Under the pieces are notes generated by a model that was given only the letters and a program-made list of their open reading frames with translations, was not told the origin of the DNA and made no database searches. Made by a program: the position numbers and the translations under genes. From Marsupella aquatica (lineage: Eukaryota > Plantae > Marchantiophyta), in NCBI GenBank assembly GCA_973895155.1, contig CCZZQB010000057.1:1-16565 (forward strand): 16,565 nucleotides of DNA, read 5' to 3'. Shown piece by piece: positions 9,791 through 16,565 of this stretch (position 1 is its first letter; each line of letters begins with the position of its first letter).

Positions 9791-10471
9791 TCACAGCCAA
9801 GATATGTGATCTCTCACAGGAGTGCGCGAGGTAGGATCAATGGCATGGCGATGACAATAAAATATCCATCGATCAACACCATGTGCAGAGTGATCATAGA
9901 TTTCTCTGTCACAAGCATAACCCTCTGCTTGATGATCTTTCAGGCAATGATAGTGCCACATAGTGGGACACCTAGCACAGTGGACTATGTCAGTCCAGTA
10001 GTCATCATCATGCTCACCACATGCCTTGCACCTATGAAGTGGGCAAGCTGTGGCATGAGCAGGCAAACACTCAAAACAGAAAAATCTCACACAAAAACGG
10101 TCTGGACATTTCCTAACATTTGCTGCAGCATCAACAGAGCCCTCATAGGACCCCAACTTCCCACACTGTGCACACTTAGCCTGCTTCTCCAAACAATCAG
10201 TGCACATCCAGTCTCCCTGGTGTGTTGACGGGAGGCCCACCCCTGGACAGTTGTTTTCTGCAGCAAGGTCAGACTCCGGGTTGAGGTGGAAATGCCTCAT
10301 GCAAGGGCCCTCACAAATGACCAGGCCCCCACCATCGTCACAAATGGCACAACAATGAGCTGCCTTCTGGAAAATCTGACTTGCAGAGAAGTTAGTAGCA
10401 TCTGCCCCAAGTACACCTGTGTTTCTCACCTCTGTCACACGCTTTTTGGCTTGAATTTTAGGCCGTGCCAT
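9791..10471 (-). CDS. Stand-alone EDM2-like triple PHD-finger protein (226 aa)
   Basis: CAICDDGGGLVICEGPCMRHFH...C...WMCTDC...CAQCGKLGS...C....C...C..C...CPLHRC..C...CARCP..WH.HCL...IFYCHRHAIDPTSRTPVRDHISW follows the recalled EDM2 PHD block (CAICDNGG...CEGSCLRSFH...CPLHKC...CRRCPKSYH..CL...LIYC.EHEID....TPVRDH). It lacks the EDM2 N-terminal and methyltransferase-like regions. An acceptor-like tgcgcag|G lies just before the ATG. Confidence 0.88.
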   Translation of the reverse strand: MARPKIQAKKRVTEVRNTGVLGADATNFSASQIFQKAAHCCAICDDGGGLVICEGPCMRHFHLNPESDLAAENNCPGVGLPSTHQGDWMCTDCLEKQAKCAQCGKLGSYEGSVDAAANVRKCPDRFCVRFFCFECLPAHATACPLHRCKACGEHDDDYWTDIVHCARCPTMWHYHCLKDHQAEGYACDREIYDHSAHGVDRWIFYCHRHAIDPTSRTPVRDHISWL

Positions 10472-10482
10472 GCCTGCGCATG

Positions 10483-10626
10483 AGATAGACTCTACAATTT
10501 AGCAGACTGCACAGAAAGTAATATATATTTAGCATTTAAGGTACAAAGGCATTTAGATAGACTCTACAATTTAGCAGACTGCACAGAAAGTAAAATATAT
10601 TTAGCATTTAAGGTACAAAGGCATTT
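10483..10626. repeat. Tandem duplication, 2 x 72 bp, one mismatch
   Basis: 10483-10554 and 10555-10626 (agatagactctacaatttagcagactgcacagaaagtaa[t/a]atatatttagcatttaaggtacaaaggcattt). Confidence 0.97.
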
Positions 10627-11241
10627 GCTACTGCAATGAATTGGAATGGCCACACAAGGATGCAGAGCACACATACTTTTGGTATGTTGAGCCCACACAC
10701 AAAACTGATCCCCTAATACAATTTCTCCACCAACACCTCAATTTTAATTGTGGCTATGATTCACCAAAGGAGATCTGCAACAACATTTCATGCATTTGAA
10801 TCACATACAATAGTCGTGACATGTAAAACAGGCATTCTTCGAAGAGGATTGGTATGAAGCAGTGTCATAAGGGTTGAAATTTATACATCCTAAATAGGTT
10901 ATGATAGTGGCTGAGACAAATAAGTGAGGCATAAATCATTTTGCATATTATCACATGGCCCATTAATTCATTCAACGTTGCAATGTTCACCAGGTTAAAG
11001 CAGTCATGAAAGCAGTCTTTCAATAGAGACTTTTATGCGAGTTTGCTAGCCTCTTAAATTAGGATATTTTGCTTAGTGCAGGCATAATAGGATATAAGTT
11101 ATATACTGTTGACCCTAAACCCTGGACCCAAAATTGCTCATACATCAAAATTTTAAGTAAATATCCTCTGTGTTGAAGTCAGAGTGTTAAGCTATAGGTC
11201 AATGGTATCTGGTCTGTGCATGCGGTGTGACAAGTGGTCCT

Positions 11242-11691
11242 CTAGAGCATGTGATCCAAACATGTGTAGACACCAAAGTCACCGGTGGTGGGGTCTGGGA
11301 GGGCAGGACAAGTGACATCACCAGGCACACTGCAGGATGGCGAGTGGTTCCAAATGATACATTGTGCTCTATGCAAAAATCGGCATCCAAGAGAACGGTC
11401 ATCCAATTCTGGGCCAGAAGCCCTACAGGCAGGACAGTCATATTGGCAACTGTGTACACACCCTTGGCACCTAATTTGTGGCGGGTCATGTACAAGAGAC
11501 ACAAATACCAAGGATGTCGGGAAGGGTACTGAAGCAAGTAGAGGCCGGCTGTAGTTGTTCCTGGAAACAACAGGGTACTCAAAGTACCATGCAGACTGGG
11601 CTGGAAGGATCCCAAGTCTGACATACTCAAGGCGCAACATCTCTGCCTTGCGTGCAAGTCGCACATGTTCAGCGTTGCGGGTCCTCACCAT
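11242..11691 (-). CDS. Hypothetical small Cys/His-rich protein (149 aa), possible zinc-binding domain
   Basis: ATG start with a basic MVRTR N-terminus and an in-frame upstream stop. The C-terminal half has 10 Cys and 4 His, including CxxC (CQGC), CxxC (CPAC), HxxxC and CxxH (CLDH). Same strand as the other genes. No family recognised. Confidence 0.45.
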   Translation of the reverse strand: MVRTRNAEHVRLARKAEMLRLEYVRLGILPAQSAWYFEYPVVSRNNYSRPLLASVPFPTSLVFVSLVHDPPQIRCQGCVHSCQYDCPACRASGPELDDRSLGCRFLHRAQCIIWNHSPSCSVPGDVTCPALPDPTTGDFGVYTCLDHML

Positions 11692-12686
11692 AAGTGTTGC
11701 TTTTGTTGTGATGTCCTCTGTTCACGTCCTTTGATGAGCAAGGTGAGCAGGAGGTCGACTTGCCTCGCCAACAGCAACCACCTAAACTAATCAGTTCCCA
11801 CTCAACTACAGGTCATAGTATACACATAGCATGAAACGTGCATAGTACATATTTGATTCTGAGTTTATGAGTTTCCTAAGACAAAGAGCTTGGTGATAAA
11901 CCCATATTCTCGATGGACATGTATATCAATCGTATTAAAATCCTGTTTTTTCATCCAGAAAGACCGAAAGTCTCACCTTGCAGGTTGCAGCAGAGAGAAA
12001 ATTCACTGGTTGTCGTGTTGTGCAAGTGAACCTCCACTGATGCCCCCGGTGTAGCCCCTCAGATGCAGGTGACACTTACCAACTCCCAAGTTGCCTGGTC
12101 TAACAGAAAATGCTTATATCTTCAGAACTTTATAGAGCAAGTACATGATCACATACTTCTGGATCTATTCATATTTGGAACTCTTGCCAACTACAACTCC
12201 CATTATGCACAAGCTCACATCAACAGAGAAAAATACAGAATGCATACTTACTATGGCTCTAAGCACCTTCACTACCTTGTTGAACCCAGTCCTGAAGTCT
12301 TTTCAGCGTGTTTGTTGTGCTGTCTCCTTTGGCACCCAACACCTTAGTCCTTGATGTAACAGAATGCGATTTTACAAGTTAGATGCTTTGGAACCTTCTA
12401 TGGTCTTAGCTGAATTGATGTCATCGTAAGTGGTGAAAGACAAGGAAGACGAAAGCTGGTTGAAGAGCTGTGGACAACACACTAGCATGAAGTGCTTCAA
12501 CCAATCCACTGCCAAACGGAACTCTTACACAGTCACATTCTTTCAGTAAACAGAAACTCAATCAAACTTCATAATCAAAGTACAGACTCTGAAGGACCAA
12601 AGGAGGATGTTGTGAGTTTCTCTGTTGTTTAATGTGTTACCCTTCTAGTTTCGAAGTTAGCAAATGCTGAATAATGTGTCTACCAG

Positions 12687-13026
12687 ATCTTCGAAAAGAA
12701 GCCCACCACAATTAAGAACTTTGGTATCTGGGTGAGGTATCAGAGTTGTACAGGTTATCCCAACATGTACAAGAAATATTGTGATACCACATTAAACAAC
12801 CACACAGCAGATGTATGATGAGATGGCTTCTTGTCATAGAGTTCGGTTCCCTTGCATCCAGATCATCAAGACTACGACAGTCCCTGTCTCTCTGTGCAAG
12901 CGAGAAAGTACCAAGCAGTTCCATGATTCAAAGATCAAGTTCCCCTTGACGTACCGCAAGATTCAACCTCCATCGCGAAAGCTAAAGACGACTTACAAGG
13001 CCACCAAGCCCAACACATTTGTTTGA
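12687..13026 (+). pseudogene. RPL18A: 60S ribosomal protein L18a (eL20) fragment, C-terminal about 113 codons, with a frameshift near 12798-12810
   Basis: Translates as [37 protein letters not shown] / [73 protein letters not shown], clearly plant eL20. There are 13 nt instead of 15 between the N and M codons, giving a frameshift. The N-terminal part is absent. The fragment starts at an acceptor-like taccag|ATC. Confidence 0.93.
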
Positions 13027-13484
13027 GTAGTGCGGGTGTAGGTTCCCAATTTTGAAACAATTTGGCTCATTTTATGTCCCGAGGGACTCCAGGAGTTTAT
13101 GTATTGAGTTTCTAGGTCAAGATGCTTAATATAAGGAAATTCAATTATCACCTCGTTCCCAACTTCTATTAATTGAATATACACAAGCTGGAAGCAAGAA
13201 GACAAGCCACAATCTAGCATCTTAGCCAAACACAATCGTCCCGACAAAGCAAAACTCAGCTGGACAGAAGTCACTCGGATCCACAAAAAATTGAAGATTC
13301 ACCTCCAAGCCGGAGGCCGATCACTTCAGTACAGCAGCTTCTGGACGGAACAAACTCTGCTCAGCCCCACAAAAACACAAATGTTAAGGCTCCAAGTCAG
13401 AGCTCACAAACAGAAACTCAGATAAATAACATTCAAAATCTGTCCAGGTTTGTGCAAAGTGTACATATTCATTCTTCTGGAATG

Positions 13485-13512
13485 AACACGCAATGCATAC
13501 ATCGCCTAGACA
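13485..13512 (+). repeat. 28-bp dispersed repeat, copy 1 (copy 2 at 15610-15637)
   Basis: aacacgcaatgcatacatc[g/a]cctagaca, 27/28 identical; the flanks are unrelated. Confidence 0.85.
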
Positions 13513-14196
13513 CAGTCATTATAAATCATTGGGCAATTGGGGACCACTAAGCAGGTGTGTTCCTATTTCGAGGCTACAAGAAAGGATAGAGTGACACCAA
13601 ACTGAAGAGTACACCAAAAGAAAAACAGCAAGAACCAAAGTCAATCATGTGTGGATATTTTGCACATGGGAAGTTCCCCTGAAGAAGCACCAGTTGCTAA
13701 CATTGTCACCCGAACCACACCCAGTTTATTACCTCAATGTCTTCAGCCTCAATATCCAATCCTCAGCCCCCTGGTGCTTCCGTGTTTGTTCTGAAAATTT
13801 CTGTGATGAAATAATTATTCAATACATTCAATAGCAAAGAGAACTCAATCACAAAAGAAAAATAGTTAGTGTGAATGCTAATTTCTCAACACTTAACTAA
13901 ATTCAAACCACCAATTCAAGTAGTAAGTTTCAAAAACTTGCCTTTACATGAAGAGAAACCAATTGGCCATGCATGTTACTAAAGCAATAAACAAATAATT
14001 AGGCTCAACCCCGGGCTCAACACACAGGCAAACTACTCGAAACATGCTGCTGAGAAGTAACATTTTTTGAATGTCAGACTATGTGTAAGTGCCATGATCG
14101 TGCTCCTACGTTTCACAAGGAGGGCTGGCCCGAAAGGGAGAAGCAACAATGTGGAGTCTATACACGTAGCACAAATCCCAGTTTAGAAGGGTGGAT

Positions 14197-14310
14197 GAAG
14201 TTCAGACAAGAGTTCAGAACTTGCCATTTGAGATTGCCAATCTGAACTTCACATTCAGACAGGACTTCATCCAGTTCAGGAGTTCAGATAGGAGTTCAGA
14301 CAATCTGAAG
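14197..14310. repeat. Cluster of short GTTCAGA/TCTGAAC motifs in direct and inverted orientation
   Basis: GTTCAGA at 14200, 14212, 14282 and 14294; variants at 14253 and 14274; inverted copies at 14241 and 14304. GAAGTTCAGA (14197-14206) and TCTGAACTTC (14241-14250) form a perfect 10-bp inverted pair. Confidence 0.75.
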
Positions 14311-14865
14311 AGGACTTTGGACTTGAATGAGGGACAGCGTGGCCATATAGTTATCCTTGTGGCCTTCAGCTGCGTGTCTCAGGCTGAATTTCACTTTCCA
14401 GTTTCGAGAGTTCTGAAGGTCTAGTTTTAGTAACTTCCTCCTGACTCGACTTGGGAGCATTCTCCCTATTTGCTAGCTTGTAGTTAGCTTTGACTCCTGT
14501 GAGCTTAGTTGACGACCCTCTTGAGATATTAACAATTAGAACAAACACAAGTTGTCAAGACAGATTCCACCGGAGCAAAAAGTCCAAAATCAGGTGAAAG
14601 AAAACCTAAGGAAAGTCCATAAGAACGAAAGTAGGAAGGCAGGTGCACGGGCCACCGAGAAAAGTAAAGGATGCATGTGATTAGTGGGGAGGGATCTTAG
14701 CAAAAATAGGGGAAAGCAAGGGAACTTGCTGCTAAAATCAGCTGAACGATTGCACGGTTCCTATAAATTTAGTGGACCTTAAGGCCGTCTGTTCAGCCCC
14801 CCACCCCATTGCCAGAGCACGGGGCACAAGGCATGTTCTGATACAGGGAGGAGCAAAACAGTCAT

Positions 14866-15087
14866 GTCAAGCAAGAAATGTGGAGAGACCAATCAGTAAG
14901 CAAAAATAGGGGAGAACATACATACATGATCAGCAGCAGCAGGAAACAAGAAAGATGATTTTGGGTGGCATCTTAGGGTCGGGGACACCACTGCAACACC
15001 GGGACTTAGGATATGAGTTGTTCTTAATCTGCTAGTAGCATCCGGCAGGCCGGCGACCCATGGCAAAAGGGCAGAGCAACAATCCGC
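14866..15087 (+). repeat. About 220-bp direct repeat, copy A
   Basis: Aligns by eye with 15693-15911 at roughly 85-90% identity (gtcaagcaagaa...gagagaccaatcagtaagcaaaaatagggga...caacaccgggacttaggatatga...aatccgc). Confidence 0.95.
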
Positions 15088-15609
15088 TAAAACTACCGAG
15101 TCTCACCTTTGCGCTACTGACTGTCACCTTTGTCCAAGGTAGCTAGTAATAGCAAGTTGAAGTCCCGCTCCAAGTTGTCGGCTTCCACTCCAAGCTCCCT
15201 AAAAGATTGTGGCCTCAGGTCCAAGTCGTTAGCTCGCACGCGCAACTCCCTAAACCTACACACAGCGGAAGCTTAGCTCACCAACAACTTGCAGAAACAA
15301 TGACCTCCCCTCTGAAACTGATAAAAACACCTGAATACAAATAGTGAAGCACGAGGACAGAACAGGGAGAAGCGTTTTGCAGTTTGGGACGACAATGCTA
15401 GGAGTGTATACACTTCGGGCAACAGGGAGGTCCAATAATAGTTTGAATCTGACGGATGAAGCTCTAGGCGAATGAGCTCCAGGAGATTGGGTGCATGATT
15501 GAGTAGGCAATTGTAACAGCAGGCACCTGGCGATTGAAGGAAGCAGCATTCGGCAATGGACCTAGGCAGCTCGCGAATTTTGCTCAGCAGCGATGTCACC
15601 TAGACCCTA

Positions 15610-15637
15610 AACACGCAATGCATACATCACCTAGACA
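15610..15637 (+). repeat. 28-bp dispersed repeat, copy 2
   Basis: Matches 13485-13512 with one mismatch. Confidence 0.85.
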
Positions 15638-15692
15638 ACTATACTTGCAGCCACGAGGTGAGTCCGCGATAGGGGATTGAAGGAAGCAGCAA

Positions 15693-15911
15693 GTCAAGCA
15701 AGAAGCGTGGAGAGACCAATCAGTAAGCAAAAATAGGGGAGAATAGACATACATCAGCAGCAGCAGGAAACAAGAAAGATGATACTCTGTTCCATCTTAG
15801 AGTCGGGGACACTACTGCAACACCGGGACTTAGGATATGACTTGTTTTTAAACTGGAGATAGCATCCAGCAGGCCGGCGACCCATGCCAAAAGGGCAGAG
15901 CAGCAATCCGC
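15693..15911 (+). repeat. About 220-bp direct repeat, copy B
   Basis: Matches 14866-15087; the copies start 827 bp apart. Confidence 0.95.
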
Positions 15912-16565
15912 CATGTAGCGATAGGCGAGAGCAGCGATTACGACGATGAAAGATGGTCAAAGCTGAAGCAAAACCCCTAAAGATGCAGCTTGGCCATACT
16001 CTCTTTCCTCACCTCATAGCGCTAGGCATTCAACCTCCCTCTTCAATGAACCTCACAACAGCTTGAAGGTCGATAGATTTTACCTCGTCTCCTGAGCAGA
16101 AACGTCTGCATTAGCTAAACAGAGCCCGGAACAGAGCTATCGCATTTAGCCTCCCGACTCCAAAATTGAACGCAACACAACCTCCAACTCCCAATGGCAG
16201 CTCAGTAGGTTGATCAGCTCGGTCAATGCAGGTCAGTCGACCTCAATAGCCACACTAGAAGCTCACCGCAAGTCACTCAAAGGTCAGACTAGAAGCTCCG
16301 CCGCCTTCACACCGTAGCAAAAAACAATGAGACCAATATCGAGCAAGGCGACCCTGTTTGAATATTTGGCGACCATCAGGCTCCACCCCTCCTTTCTCGC
16401 TACCGTTCCCCCATGTGATGGTTAAGCTTCTGAGGACACAATCAATCGCACAAATGTAGCTTAAAGCAGGACCTCACTAAGCAGACTATCGGTTAGGACC
16501 TTATAGACATAGAGATAGATAGGTCAATGCAACCTTACTTGGGCCGATGCAGCATGTCTCTTCAC

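Noticed and set aside
8325-10471. Calling the BRCT and PHD ORFs the host Pol lambda and EDM2 genes
   Set aside because: No PolX catalytic domain and no other EDM2 domains were found nearby. Both ORFs are short and intronless, so gene symbols were withheld.
12063-12347. Faint resemblance of LLDLFIFGTLANY to PCI-domain proteins (eIF3m/CSN7)
   Set aside because: Too short and weak to support by eye; it would need an HMM search.
267-13032. Apparent CACTA TIR pair: CACTACAAACAAAT (267-280) and ATTTGTTTGAGTAGTG (13017-13032)
   Set aside because: The match needs a 2-nt indel. The flanks (TCA vs CGG) give no 3-bp TSD. The right motif is largely the last RPL18a codons and stop. The left motif is only 15 bp from the TnpA stop, with no subterminal repeats.
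14191-14424. 77-aa plus-strand ORF
   Set aside because: It has a GTG start, is explained by the GTTCAGA repeat cluster, and has no recognisable domain.
14835-16374. PBS-like strings (GTTCTGATACAG at 14835-14846; TGGCGACC at 16367-16374) hinting at an LTR retrotransposon
   Set aside because: The matches are degenerate or short, with no adjacent TG...CA LTR boundary and no gag/pol remnants recognised.
1-16565. Prokaryotic systems (CRISPR array, operon, IS element), rRNA or tRNA genes
   Set aside because: Spliceosomal introns, plant eL20 and an EDM2-like module show plant nuclear DNA. No repeat-spacer array or structural RNA signature was seen.

Overview
Eukaryotic plant (streptophyte) genomic DNA, not prokaryotic. 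The left half is an apparently intact CACTA/En-Spm DNA transposon core on the minus strand. I assembled by hand a 3-exon TNP2/TnpD-type DDE transposase (7891->4160, 1163 aa) and a 10-exon TnpA/TNP1-type gene (4003->296, 876 aa). All introns are GT-AG, 105-139 bp, and phase-consistent. Directly upstream on the same strand lie three intronless ORFs: a tandem-BRCT protein resembling the N-terminal BRCT of plant DNA polymerase lambda, a stand-alone triple-PHD protein resembling the PHD region of EDM2, and a small Cys/His-rich ORF. Further right are a frameshifted RPL18a fragment on the plus strand and a repeat-rich non-coding region. The TnpA-like protein has a Gly/Gln/Trp-rich segment with six GW/WG motifs, like an Argonaute hook. 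The most interesting reading is a CACTA element carrying host-interface modules (heterochromatin reader, NHEJ adaptor, AGO hook). This is a hypothesis: no credible terminal inverted repeats are visible, so it is unproven that the cargo lies inside the element. Family assignments come from recalled motifs, not from database searches.
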